A stretch of DNA of 64,000 nucleotides. It comes from Lama glama. Its lineage: Eukaryota. Shown in pieces: positions 11,446 to 24,979 of this stretch; positions within the stretch are counted from its first letter, which is position 1; the number at the start of each line of letters is the position of its first letter. The DNA lies in the NCBI GenBank assembly GCA_028534125.1, contig CM052818.1, forward strand, positions 25,360,001 to 25,424,000, read 5' to 3'. Under the pieces are notes generated by a model. It ran no database searches. It was not told the DNA's origin and worked only from the letters and a program-made list of their open reading frames with translations. The translations under genes and the position numbers were made by a program.

Positions 11446-14400
11446 ATTTTTTATTGTGGTAGAAAATATATAACATAAAATTAGCCATTTTAACCATTTT
11501 TAAGTGTATATTTAAGTGCCAATAACTATATTCACAATGTTATGCAACCATCACCACTATCTATTTCCAAAACCTTTCATCACCTCAAACAGAAACTCTG
11601 TACACATTAAGCAATAACTCCCAACTTCCCCCTCCCTCAGCCCCTAGTAACCTCTAATGTACTTTGTCTTTATGAATTTATGCCTGGTCTAAATATTTTA
11701 TAAAAGTGGAATCATACAATATTTGTCCCTTTGTATATGAGTTATTTTATTTAGCATAATGTCTTAAAGATTCATCAGTATTGTAGCATGTATCAGAATT
11801 TAATTCCTTTTTAAGGCTGAATAATACTCCAGTGTGTATATACTATATTTTGCTTATTCATTTATCTCTTACTGGACACTTGGATTATATCTACCTTTTG
11901 GCTATTTTGAATAATGCTACACTGAACATTGGTATAGAAGTATCTGTTTGAGTTCCTGTTTTCAGTTCTTTTGGGTATGTATCTAGAAGTGGAATTGCTG
12001 GGTCATTTTGGTCGTCTCTTTAACTTTTTGAGGAACTGCCATACTGCTTTCCACAGCAGCCACTCCATTTTACATTCCTCCCTGCCATGCACAAAGGTTC
12101 CAGTTTCTCCACATTCTCATTTATACTTGTTATTTTCTGTTTGTTTTTTTTTTCAACTGCCATCCTAGTTGGTGTGAAATGATACCTCATTTTGTGTTTT
12201 GCTTTGTATTTCCCTAATGACTAATGATGTTGAGCATCGTTTTATGTGCTTATTGGCCATTTGTATATTTTCTTTAGGGAAATGTCAAGTCTGTTGCCCA
12301 TTTTTAAAATTGTTTTTTATTTTTGTTGTTTAATTTTAGGACATCATTGTATATTTTTGATATTAGACCCTTATCAGATACATGATTTATAAATGTTTTC
12401 TCCCATTCAGACACAACTAAGATGCTGTCTTTTCAGTTTCTTAATAATATCCTTTGCACAAAACTTTTAAATTTTGATGAAGTTCAGTTTATCTTTTTTT
12501 CTTTTATTGCTTGTGCTTTTGGTGTCATATCTAGGAATCCATTGCTAAATCCTAGGTCATGAAGATTTACCCTTAAGTTTTCTTATGGTTTTAGCTCTTA
12601 TATTTAGGTCATTGACCCATTTGAGGTTATATTTTGTATTTGATGGGAGTTTAGGTATCCAGTTTCATTCTTTTGTATGTGGATGGACACCTGTTGTCCC
12701 AGCACCATTTGTTGAAGAGATTGATCTTTCCCCACTGAATAGATTTGGCACCATTGTCAAAAATCAATTGACCATAGATACATAGATTTATTTCTGGACT
12801 CTCAATTCTATTCCATTGGTCTGTGTGTCTGTATGACAGTATCACACTGTTTTGATTACTGTAGCATTGTGTAGTAAGTTTTGAAATCAGAAAATGTGAG
12901 CCCTACAACTTTGTTTTTCTTTTTCATGACTGTTTTGGCTGTTCAGGACCTCTTTTAATTCCATATGAATTTGAGAATTGGCATTTCCATTTCTGCAAAA
13001 AAGGCTACTAGAATTTTGATAGGAATTGCACTGAATCTGTTGATAGTTTCTGTTAGTATTGGCATCTTAATATTAAATCTTTCTACCCATGAACACAGAA
13101 TGTCTTTACATTTATTTGGGTCTTTAGTTTTCTTCAGTAATGCATTGTAGTTTTCAGGATAAAAATCTTTCACCTCCTTGGTTAAATCTATTCCTTGATA
13201 TTTTATACTTTTAGAGGCTATTATTCTTCTAGTTTCTGAATGGAATTACATTCCTAATTTCCTTTTCAGATTGCACAAAGCAGGTATATAGAAACATCTG
13301 CTTTTTGTGCGTTGGTTCTGTTCTACAGCTTTGCTGAATTAATTTACCAACTCTGGTAACTTTCTTATAGATACTTGGGGATTTTTCTAGTATAGGATTA
13401 TGTCATCAGCAAACAAATAGTTTTACTTATTCCTTTCCATTTGGGTGCCTTTTATTTCTTTTTCTTTTCTGATTGCTTCAGCTCGGAATATCTAGTACAA
13501 TTTTGAATAGCAGTGGTAAAGTGGGCATCCTAGTCTTATTCCTGATCTTAGGGCAAAAGTTTTAAGTTTTTGACCATTAAGCATAATATTAGCTATGGGT
13601 TTTTCATAGCTGTCCTTTGAAATGTTGAGGAAGTTCCCTTCTATTCCTAGTTTTAGGAAGATTTTAATCCTGAAAGGATGTTGGGTTTTGTCAAATGCCA
13701 TTTCTAAATTAATTGAGTGATGATGTGTATTGTTTTCCTTCATTTTGTTAATGTGGTATATTATATTGATTAATTTCATTGTTATTGAACTACTTTTGCA
13801 TTCTTGGGATAAATTCCACTTTGTCAAGGTGCAGTTTAATATGCTGTTGGATTCAATTTGCTAGTATTTTGTTAAGGATTTTTGCATCTATACTCATAAA
13901 GGATGTTGGTCTGTAATTTTCTTATGATGTCTTTATCTGCCTTTGGCATCAAGGTAATGCTGGCTTCACAGAATGAGTTAGGAACTGTTTCCTTCTGTTT
14001 TGGGGAAGGGTTGGTATTAATTCTTTAGATGTTGGGTAGAATTCATCTGTTCTGCCATCTGATTCTGGACGTTTCCTTGTTGGGAGGTTTTGATTACTGA
14101 GTCAGGGGCATTACTTGTTAATATGTTTGTTGAGATTTTTAAATTTCTTCTTGAGTCCATTTAGGTAATTTGTGTGTTTCTAGGAATTTATCCGTTTGTT
14201 CCACATTATCTAGTTTGTTTGTGTATAATTGTTCATAGTATTCTTTTATAATCTGTTTAATTTCTGTGAGGGCAGTAGTAATGCCCCCACTTCCATTTCT
14301 GATTTTGGTTATTTGTGTCTTCTCTTTTTCTGAGACAGCCCAATTTGTTGATTTTTCCTAAAGATGTAGCTTTTGGTTTCATTGAGTCTCTCCATTGTTT

Positions 14401-17400
14401 TTCTTTCCTCCGATTTACTTCTAATTTTTATCATTTACTTGCTTTGAGTTTAATTTCTTCTTTTTCTAGTACTCCAAGGTATAAAGTTAGGATGTTGATT
14501 TGAGATCTTTTTTTAATGTAGACATTTATAGCCATAAGTTTCCTTCTTTTTTTGTTTTTTGTTTTTAAACATTTTTTTATTGATTTATAATCTTTTTACA
14601 ATGTTGTGTCAAATTCCAGTGTAGAGCACAATTTTTCAGTCATACATGAACATTGTCACATTTTTTTCTCTGTGAGCTACCATAAGATCTTGTGTATATT
14701 TCCCTGTGCTATACAGTATAATCTTTATCTATTCTAGAATTTTGAAATCCTGTCTATCCCTTCCCACCCTCCGTCCCCTTGGCAACCACAGGTTTGTATT
14801 CTATGTCTATGAGTCTGTTTCTGTTTTGTATTTATGCTTTGTTTTTGATTTTTTTCTTTTTTAGATTCCACATACGAGCAATCTCATATGGTATTTTTCT
14901 TTTTCTTTCTGGCTTACTTCACTTTCTCCTGGAGCATCCATGTTGCTGCAAATGGCATTATGTTGTCAGTTTTTATGGCTGAGTAGTATTCCACTGTAGA
15001 AATATACTACATCTTCTTTATCCAGTCATCTGTTGATGGACATTTAGGCTGTCTCCATGTCTTGGCTATTGTAAATTGTGCTGCTATGAACATCATAAGT
15101 TTCCTTCTAAGCACTGTCTTTGCTGTATCCATAAGTTTTTATATGTTTTCTAAGTATTTTCTAATTTCCCTTAGGATTTCTTCTTTGAACAGTTGATGTT
15201 TAAGAATGTGTTGTTTAATTTCTACATATTTGTGAATTTTCCAGTTCTCCTGCTGTTGTTCATTTCTAACTTGGTTCTATCATAGAAGAGATTCTTTGAT
15301 TTCAGTCTTTTTAAATTTATCGAGTCTTTGTTTTGTGGCCTAACATATAGCTTATCCAGGAGAATGTTCCATGTGTACCTGAGAAAAATGTTTATTCTAC
15401 TGTTAATGCGTGAAGTGTTCTATATATGTCATTTAGGCCTAACTGGGTTATAGTGCCCTGTTTCCTTATTGACCTTCTATCTTGATGTTCTGTCTGTTGA
15501 AATTGATATATTGAACAACTATTATTGTAAAACTATTTTATTTCTCCCATTTGGTCAATGTTTGCTTCATATCTTTTGGGAATCTTTTGTTTGTGCATAT
15601 ATGTTTATAATTGTTTTATCTTCTTGATGAATTGACCCTTTTATCAGCATATAAAGTCCTTCTTTGTCTCTTGTAACAGTTTTTGACCTAAAGTCTATTT
15701 TGCCTGATATTAGAATAGCTACACTAGCACTCTTTTGCTGTCTATTTTTCATGGAATATCTTTTTTCCATCCTTTCACTTTCAATTTATTAATAGTTTTG
15801 GGTATAAAGTGAGTCTCTGTAGGCAGCGTATAGTTGAATCATGTTTTTTAATCCATCCTCCCAGTCTGTGGCTTTGATTAGAGAGTTTAATCCAATTAAA
15901 CTTAAAGTACAGTAATGACTGGTAAGGTAGGACCTCTGACATCATATTGCTTTTTTTGTTGTTAAATTTTGTATCTTTTTGTCTCTCATTTCCTCCACAA
16001 CATACTGCCTTTTTTTCCCCCCTCCTAGTTAGTTTATTGTAATGAACCATTCCCTTCTTATTTCCTTTTGTGTGTGTTTTTTAGATATTTTCTTTGTGGT
16101 AATGCATGGGAATTAAATTTAACATCCTAAATTTATAACTATCTAGTTTGAATTGATATGAACTTAACTTCAGTAGCATACAAAAGCTCTGCTCCTATAT
16201 ACAGCTCAGTCCTATCCTCTTATGTTGTCATCATAGATTGTATCTTTATACATAGTGTATCCAGTATCATGGATTTGCAAATTGTATTTTTATGCGTTTG
16301 TCTTTGAAATCCTATAGGAGATACAGCATGGAGTTACAAACCAAGTATACAATAATACTAGTTTTTATATTTCCCAGGGTATTTTACCTTTACTAGAGAC
16401 CTTTATTTTGTCATATAGCTTTTAGTGGCTGTTTAGTGTCCTTTCATTTCAAGTCATAGGAGTATCTTTAGCATTTCTTGTAGGGCAGGTCTAATGGTAG
16501 TGAACTCCCTCAGCTTTTGTTTATCTGGGAACATCATAATTTGTACCTCATTTTGAAGGACAGTTTTGCCAGATGTAGAATTATTGGTTGACACTTTCTT
16601 TCTTTCAGCACTTTAACATGCCATCCTACTATATTGCAGCCTCCATAGTTTTTCTGATAAATAAGCTGCTGATGTAGAGGATTCCTTGTATGTGAAAGGT
16701 TGCTTCTCTTGCTGCTTTTAAGATTCTGTCTTTGTCTTTGGGCATTTGGATTCCAATGTGTCTTAGTGTGGGTCTCTTGGATTTGTCCTACCTGAATTTT
16801 ATTGAACTTTTTGGATTTGTAGATCAATGTATTTCATTAAATTTGGGGCATTTACAGGTATTATTTTTGTCCCTTCTGCTCTTCTCCTTCTGAGACTCCC
16901 ATAATGCATGTTTTGGTCTACTTGTTATCCCACAGATCCTTTAGTCTCCATTCACTTTTATTTTAAGCATTTTTGAACATATTCAAGTAAGTTATTTTAA
17001 AGTTTTTAGCTAGTTTGATATCTGAGCTTCCTTGGGGACAATTTCTCTCAGTTAATTTTGTTCCTTTGCACCATTCTTTTTTTTTTTTTTTTTTCTTTCG
17101 GTATGATATGTGATTTTTTTTTTTAACTGGGCATTTGAATGATATAATGTGGTTACTCTTGAAATCAGATTCTTCCCTTTCCCCAGGGCTTACTGTTTGG
17201 TTGGTTGTTCTTGTTTTTATTTCCTTTTGTTTTTGATTGTTGAAGGCTGTATTATAGTATGTTTGTCTAATGACTTTCCTAAGATTTTGTTTTTTCCAGA
17301 TACTGTACTCCTTGTTACGTGTAATTACTGCTGTCTCTGATCCTTAGCTTGTGTTTCCATAGTGTTTTGGCAGAGATTCCCTTGAGCTTCAGGAGCTAAA
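11446..17400 (-). mobile_element. Long decayed L1M (L1MB-like 3' end) with ORF2 and ORF1 remnants
   Basis: Minus-strand fragments: [12 protein letters not shown]...LFNKWCW (12651-12845), RFSAIPIKI (12955-13173), AFDKTQHPF...LRSGIRLGCPL (13492-13827), endonuclease VAILISGKIDF (15567-15770) and ORF1-like 16534-16827. Confidence 0.9.
14548..15093 (-). mobile_element. Young L1 3' end nested in the older L1
   Basis: Perfect 15-bp TSD cataagtttccttct (14533-14547, 15094-15108); same terminus family as 5004, 44205 and 59123. Confidence 0.92.
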
Positions 17401-20400
17401 AAAACAATCAACCAAACAACTTCCTTTCCTTCCTTTTCTTCCTTTCCTTCTTCCTTTCTTTTGACATACCCTTTTTAGTACCCTCATTCCCCCTCCCCAT
17501 TCAACATATATTTTGGAGAGCATAGCAGTTAAGATCATCACCTTTATTCTCTTCTATGGTTACATACTATTTGGTTGTATTATAATTTATCTAACTAGCC
17601 TCCTTTTGAGAAACATTGAGGTTATTTTCTATCTTTTTGTATTATAAACACTATTGTAGAGAAAGCTTGTATATATGTCATATTACATATGTATGAATTG
17701 TTTCTTTATGTGTCTTGCTCATTTTCTAATTGGATTGTTTGCTCTTTTACTGTTGTGTTTTGAGAGTTCTTTATGTATTCTAGAAACTCATCCTTTGTTG
17801 GGTATGTGGTTTGGAAATATTTTGTTCCGTTCCTTAGCTTGTCTTAAGCTTATCCACTAACAGGGTCTTTCTCAGAGGAAAAGCTTTAAATTTGGATGAA
17901 GTCCAGTTTATCAGTATTTTCCTATTATGGATTAGTATCCAGTCTTAAGTATTCTTTGCATATTCATGGATCCTGAAATTTTTCTCCTATATTTTTTCCT
18001 AAAAGCTTTATAGTTTTACATTTTACATTTAAGTACATGATACATTTTGAGTTATTTTTGTGTAAGATGTGAGACTTAAGTTGAAGTTCTTTTTTTTTTT
18101 TTTTTTTGGCCTATGGATGTCTGCTTGCTCCAGCACCATTTGTTGGAAAGATAATCCCTCCTCCATTGCATTGCTTTTGCACTTTTGTCAAAAATTGAGC
18201 ATATTTTTGTGGGCATATTTCTAGCTTCTTTATTCTGTTCCATGTGTGTGTCTCTCTCTTCCAGTACTACACAGTTTTTATTACTGTAGCTATATAAGTC
18301 TTGAAATTGGGTGGAGTGACTCCTTTCACTTTATTTTTTTCCAAAATTATTTTAGCTATTCTAGTTCCTTTTTCATATACATTTTAGAATAATCCTGTCA
18401 ATAGCTGTAAAAAAAATCTTGCTTGGGATATTGGTAGAAATTCTGTTAAACTCATGTGTTAATTTAAAGGGGTAGGAGAATTGACACCCTTACTATGTTG
18501 AGTCTCCCATTCCATTAACGTAGAATGCCTTTCCATTTATATTTAGATCTTTTGAGTTTCTTCATTAATATTGTGCCATTTTCAGCATACAAGTCTTGTG
18601 CTTGTTTTGATAGATTTACAGCTCATATTTTGGATGTGTGGATTCTTTTATTTTATTTTATTTATTTAATTTATGTCCATGTGTTCGTTACCAGTATACT
18701 GAAAAATACAGTTGAATTTTATGTTTATCTTGTATTCTATGATCTCATTGAACTCACTTGTTTGTTCTAGGGTTTCTTTTGTTTGTTTGTTTTTTGGTAG
18801 ATTCTTTGGAATTTTCTACCTAGATAATCATGTAATTGGAAAATAGGGGCAGTTTTTTTTTTTCCTTTCAAATTTGTGTGTCTTTTTCCCCCTTTTCTTG
18901 TCTTATTGAACTGGCAAGAACTTTCAGCAGCATGTTCAGTAAGTGTATTTAGAGTGAACACTGTATCTTTTTTTCCCCGATTTTAGGGGTAAAGCATTCT
19001 GTATTTCACTCTCAAACTTTAGGTTTTTGTAGATGTTCTTTATCAAGTTGAGAAAGCTCCCTTTTATTCCTCTTTTTTCTGAGTTTGTTTTTTTCCCCCA
19101 TGAATGGGTGTTGAATTTTGTCAAATACCTTTTTTCCTCAGTTGAGATGAATCATGTGATTTTTTTTCTTTAGCTCTTTAATGTGGTAGATTACATTGGT
19201 CATTTTTAGAATATTGTTCTAGACCTGCATTCCTGGAATACACTCTCCTTTGCTATGGTGTATAATTCTTTTTTATATTGCCAAATTCCATTTGATAATA
19301 TTTTGTTAAGGATCTATAGTTATGAAGGATATTGGCCTATAGTTTTCCTTTTTTATACTGTCTTTATCTGGTTTTGTTATCAGGGTAGTACTAGCTTATT
19401 AAAATGAATTTGAAAGTGTTTCCTTCAGTTCTGTGTTTTAGAAGAGACTATGGAAAATTGGTGTTAATTTTTTTTTTTAAAGTTTGCTATAGTTTTCATT
19501 GAAACCAGCTGGATCTGGAGAGTCATTATGAATGTTTTGAAATTACAAATTCAGTTTATTTAATAAGTATATGATTAGCCAAATTATTTCATATTGGGTA
19601 GGTTGTGGTTCCATTTTGTGAGTAATTGGTTCATTTCTTCTAAATGTCAAGTTATGTCTATGCAGAGTTACTTGTTCATAGTGTTTCCTTTCTATCCTTT
19701 TGTAGTTGCAGGGTCCATAGTGATATTCATGTTTCATTCCTGATTTATTCCTTATGTTGGTAATTTGCATCTTCTCTTTTTTTTTTTTTTACCCTTTGTC
19801 AGTTTTGGTAGATGTTTGTCAACTTTTGATCTCTTAAAAGAACCAGCTGTTTCATTGATTTTTCTCTATTTTTCTGTTTTCAGTTTTATTGATTTCTGCT
19901 TATATCTTTTTTATTTCCTTCCTTTCTCTTGCTTTGCTTTTAGTTTGCTCTTTTAGGGGTTCTTGAGGTGGGAACTTAGATTTTTGATTTGAGGCTTTTT
20001 TATAATGTGCTATAAATTTATTTCTTAGCATTGTTTTACCTGTATCTCGTAAATTTTGATCTGTTACGTTTTTATTTTCCTTTAGTTCTATATATGTATT
20101 TTAAAATTTCCCTTGAGACTTCCTCTTTAATCCAAAGATTATTCAGATAAAACTGTGTTGTTTAGTTTCCAAGTGTTTGGAGTTTTTCCTGTTATCTTTC
20201 CATTACTGATTTCTAGTTTGATTCTGTTATGGTCAGTGAACCTATTCTTTAATATTTCAATTCTTTTAAATTTAGATTTGTTTTGTAGTCCATGATATAT
20301 TTTGTCTTGTTTTATGTTGCTTAGGCACTTGGTAAGAATGTGTATTCCTTTGTTGTTGTATGGAGTATTTTATAAATGTTGAGCAGTTCTTGTTCACTGT

Positions 20401-20907
20401 TGGTGGTGTTGAGTTCTTTCAAATTCTTTATGATTTTCTATCTAGTTTTACTGATTGTTCAGAGAGGGATGCTGAATTGTCCAGCTGTAACTGTGAACTT
20501 GTCTGTATATTCTCTTTTCAGTTCTATCAGTTTTTGCTTCACATATTTTGGAGCTGTGTGGTTTGGTGGATACACATTTGGGATTGCTGTGTCTTCTTGG
20601 TGGATTGACCTTTTTATCATTGTATAATGTCCCTCTCAGTCTCTAGTAAATTTCCTTGCTTTGAAGTCTACTTTATCTGATATTAATATTGCCACTTCTT
20701 TCCTTTGATCAATGCTTGCATGATATGTCTTTTTTCTGTCCTTTTGCTTTTAATCTACTTGTATCATTATACCTGAATTGACTGTCATGTAGATGGCCCA
20801 TGGTTGAGTCATGTTTTTTGATCCACTCTGCAGTCTCTGCTTTTAATTGGTATGTTTAGACCATTTTCATGTAGTGTAATTATTGCTGTTTTGTCTTGGC
20901 CTGCCAC

Positions 20908-21012
20908 TTAATTTTATTTATTTATGTTTTGAATGGAAGTAGTGGGGATTGAACCCAGGAGCTTGTGCATTGTAAGCATGCGTTCTACTACTGAGCTATA
21001 CCCACCCCCTTC
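20908..21012 (-). mobile_element. tRNA-Ala-derived SINE (Vic-1 type), more diverged, inside L1
   Basis: tggggattgaacccaggagcttgtgcattgtaagcatgcgttctactactgagctatacc, flanked by a cctgcca repeat. Confidence 0.85.
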
Positions 21013-21193
21013 TCCTGCCATTTTAGATACTGTTTTTTGTTCATCTTTTCATTTGTTTTCTTTTTCCTTCCCTACTTCCCTGTGGGCCACTTGAACATTT
21101 GTTAGAATTCCATTTTGATTTATTTATTATGTTTTTTGAGTATTTCTTTGTATAGCTTTTTGTGTGGTTGCTCTAGGGATTACATGACGTATA

Positions 21194-21385
21194 TAGTCAA
21201 CCGTTGAACAAGGTGGGGGTTAATCTGCGTATAACTTATAATTGGCCCTCAGCATCTGTGGTTCCTCTGAAGCCCTGCATTCTACCAACCATGGACCATG
21301 TAGTACTGTAATATTTACTGTTGAAAGATAGCCCCCTATAAGTTGAACCATGCAGATCAGACCCACATTGTTCAAGGGTCAACTG
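21194..21385. mobile_element. Tigger2-like non-autonomous DNA transposon (MITE, 192 bp)
   Basis: Terminal inverted repeats tagtcaaccgttgaacaa / ttgttcaagggtcaactg with TA on both sides (21192-21193, 21386-21387). Confidence 0.85.
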
Positions 21386-24024
21386 TACATAACTTATCAC
21401 AGTTCATTGGTGTCATTTTATCAGCTTGAGTGAAGTATAGAGGAATTTTACCTCCCTCCTTTTATTCTATTCTGTTTATAAGATGATTGCCTTAATATTT
21501 TCTCTACATGCATTTAGAACCACAAGTCAGTGTTACAGTTTTGCTTCAGACATAATTAGAAAGGTCAAGAAGAGAAGGAAAGCTTATTGTATTTACCCAT
21601 GTATTTTCTCATTCTTCCTTCCTTTCTAATGTTCTGAAGTTCCTTCCTTTGATTGTTTCCCTTCTGTTAAGATAACTTCCTTTAGACATTCTTTTAGGGT
21701 AGGTCTGCTAGAAACACATTTTTAAAATTTTGGTTCACTTGAGAATGTTTTGATTTCCTCTTCATTCTAGAACAGTATTTCACTGGGTATAGAATTCTGG
21801 GTTCATAGCTTTTTTCATTTAGTACCTAAAAAATATTATTTAACTTCCTTCTAACCTCCATGGTTTTTGATGAGAAATCTTCTGTCATTTAAATTTATTT
21901 TCTAGTATAGATAAGGTGGTGTTTTTCTCTGGTTGCATTCAAGCCAATCTGTTTAGAAAAATCTACTCTTGTATTTGCATATGATTTTCTATGTGTGTGA
22001 AAAAAAATTTTTTCCCAGCTGAAGTTGTATTGTACTGGTCTTAAATAGAAATGACTTAGAAAGTTTTAGTTAAATTATTCATAATGAAACTACTACTTTT
22101 TAGATGGTAATGATAGTTATACTTAAAATCTTCATAGCAGCTATAGATATATCAACTAACGCTTAAAAAGAAAGTCTCTAGGGAAGTAAAAATATTACAT
22201 TTATCTATCCTCCTCTCTCCCATTCTAAGCCAGGGCACTTTATATTTCCAGATTCTGTTAGCAAAAGTAATTTTTAATTCCATTGACTCTGTTTGGAATT
22301 TGGAATCAGACATTTTGGTCTGTAATGTATATGCTGTAAAACTACCAAAACTTAAATGAGTGGAGTCTCTTTATGACTATATTTTAAGTTATCTGTGATA
22401 CATTAGCATTTTACCTGAGATAGTTTAAAACTTTTCAAGGTGGGAAATGTGTAAGTAGCTAGAAATATTTTCAGATCTGTATAATAAGCCAGTTCTAGTT
22501 TGCTTTTGTTTTTTTAATTTTTGTCTCCCATGGAGTTGGCAAAACAACTTAATATGCTTATTGATATTTTATTAACAATTTTAGTATGTGTAATAAATTC
22601 TGCCTTTTAGAATGATTTAAGTATTAAAGTACCATTTTTTGCAAAATTTATTTTATTATTCTACCATTAAGTAACTCCTAATTTTTTCATGTAGTCACCA
22701 CTGTGGAACAAAGTATCATGCATAAGCCAAAACTTTTTTCTGTGGTTTCTATTTTAGAATTTGAGTATATAATGCTTTTTAACAATCCATAATACTAAGC
22801 TGTTTTAGTCTAGGTACTTTGGTTACAGCAAAAATACAAGTTTAAAAATAAAAGTATTTCAAAATACAAGTATATTTAAAAAATAGAAATTTTAAATGAC
22901 TAACATTTAATAATCAGTATGTTGGTAATTATGGGCATCTTCATATTGGTTTTGTAGCTTTCTTTAAAAAATAAAAAAGAACTTAAAGGATTGAGATCTT
23001 CCTTGGGGGATCTTTGGGGGATCTTGTTTCTTTTTAAATAGTAATAAGCATTCATCATTCAAATAATTAAAATAATACAGATACATATAAAATAAAAGTA
23101 AAAAATCTCTTCCTTGTCTTCCCCTTTTTCCATACCACCAGTCTCACTCCCCAGAATCTACATGGCCTAATCTTTTGGACTTTAAAATCCTGTTCTTTCC
23201 TATCAATAATGAATTCCTCTCCCTTTTAAAACACAGAAGCAGTACTTAAACAAAGATTAAGCAGTTAAACAAAAATACAGTATATTGACAAATCATAAAG
23301 AAAAGTTTTTAAAAAAATTTTTGTAGAGGTAGTGAATAAAATTATGTCCCACCTTTACCTGGTGGTACTTGGAGTACCTTTTGGAAAATCCTCAATTCCT
23401 TGCTCATAATTTGAAAACTCCTACTCCCTGTGTGCTTCTGGTAGTTAAAAGCAAGAAATTATTTGAACATTTTATGAAGGAGACATACTTCTATTTTTTA
23501 AAAAATTGTATTGAAAAAATAACCTTATATTCCTAATATAAATGTTGCTTTGTCAGAAGTTTTAACATTTAGAACAAATTTTGGTAGTTAATTTCTAAAT
23601 AAGTAAAACATAATTCAAGAATTTCTTAATGCTTTTTAGCCATGGTTAGTTGCTGAATTCTTTAGTTTCTTTTAAAATTTCTGTATGTATAAAGTACATT
23701 TTTCTTACTAGGGTTGTCTCCCTTCAGATTTTCACAGATTTCCTTGAACTTCAGAAAATATCTAATAATTAAAGAATATTAGAACTTAATGGAACTTAGA
23801 TCATACAGCTAATCTCTTTTCTCCCTGCCCCAAGTAATTAAATCACTTAATCCAAGATTATGTAGCTAATTAGTGGTAGATGTAGGCAATTCTTAGTGAA
23901 TTTATTTCTGATAATTCTTTTTTGTTTGAAGAAACATAAAAATTTTTTTCATTTAATATATTTTTTGTGGTTTTCAAATACAGATCTCCTTGGTAACATT
24001 TTTTTAGATAATAATAAGCTTAAT

Positions 24025-24543
24025 TTTTTTGTATATATATTTTTATTGATATATAGTCAGTTTACAATGTTGTGTTAATTTCTGGTGTACACCATAATGC
24101 TTCAGCCATACATAAACATACATATATTCATTTTCATATTCTTTTTCACCATAAGTTACTGTAAGATTGAATATAGTTCCCTGTGCTATACAGTATAAAT
24201 TTGCTGTTTATCTGTTTTATATATATTAGTTAATATCTGCAAATCTCAAACTCCCAGTTTATCCCTTTCCACCCTCTTCACCCCCTGGTAACTGTTTGTT
24301 TTCTATGTCTGTGAGTCTATTTCTGTTTTGTGAATAAGTTTGTGTCTTTTTTTTTCTTTCAAGATTTCACATATAAGTGCTATCATATGGCATTTTTCTT
24401 TCTCTTTCTGGCTTACTTCACTTAGAATGACATTCTCCAGGTCCATCCATGTTGCTGCAAATGGCATTATTTTTTTATGGCTGAGTAATATTCCATTGTA
24501 TAAATATACCACAGCTGCTTTATCCAGTCATCTATTGATGGAC
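24025..24543 (-). mobile_element. 5'-truncated L1 3' end
   Basis: ORF2 C-terminal/3'UTR remnant (IMPFAATWMDLENVILSEVSQKEK). TSD aagcttaat (24016-24024, 24544-24552). Confidence 0.9.
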
Positions 24544-24696
24544 AAGCTTAATATTTTTAAAATGACTTTTAAAAAGTTGATTCTGTGCTAGATAGTATTT
24601 TATTACTTTACTATATACCAGAAAAAACATGAATTTAGTCTGACAGATAATTAGACTTTAAAAGGTAATTTTATAGATGTCTTTGTTTTTTTCCTC

Positions 24697-24979
24697 TTTT
24701 TCTCCCAACTTTATTGAGGTATAAATGACAAACAGATGGTATATATTTAAGGTGTGCAGTGTGATGTTTTGGTATACATTTACATTGTAAATGATTACCA
24801 CAGTCAAGCTAATCTCAACCACCTCACAGTTACCATTTTCTGTGTGTGAGACCACTTAAGATCTATTCTTTTAGAAAATTTCAAATATACAATACAATAT
24901 TATTGACTGTAGTCACCATGCTGTATGCTAGATCTGCAGAACTTATTCATCCTACATCACTGAAACTTTGTACCCTTTG
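24697..24979 (-). mobile_element. L1MA-like 3' end
   Basis: ctttattgaggtataaatgaca...aatgattaccacagtcaagctaa...ctgaaactttgtaccctttg. Confidence 0.8.

Larger units (their letters stand above)
17560..21945 (-). mobile_element. Second long decayed L1M (ORF2 to ORF1 remnants)
   Basis: Antisense ORF2 motifs (ctccagcaccatttgttggaaag; ORF 19543-19770 QITNIRNK) and an ORF1-like end at 21650-21945. Confidence 0.85.

Noticed and set aside
1895..21012. Five tRNA-Ala-like sequences as tRNA genes
   Set aside because: They carry SINE tails, A-rich ends, TSDs and acceptor-stem mismatches, so they are SINE copies.
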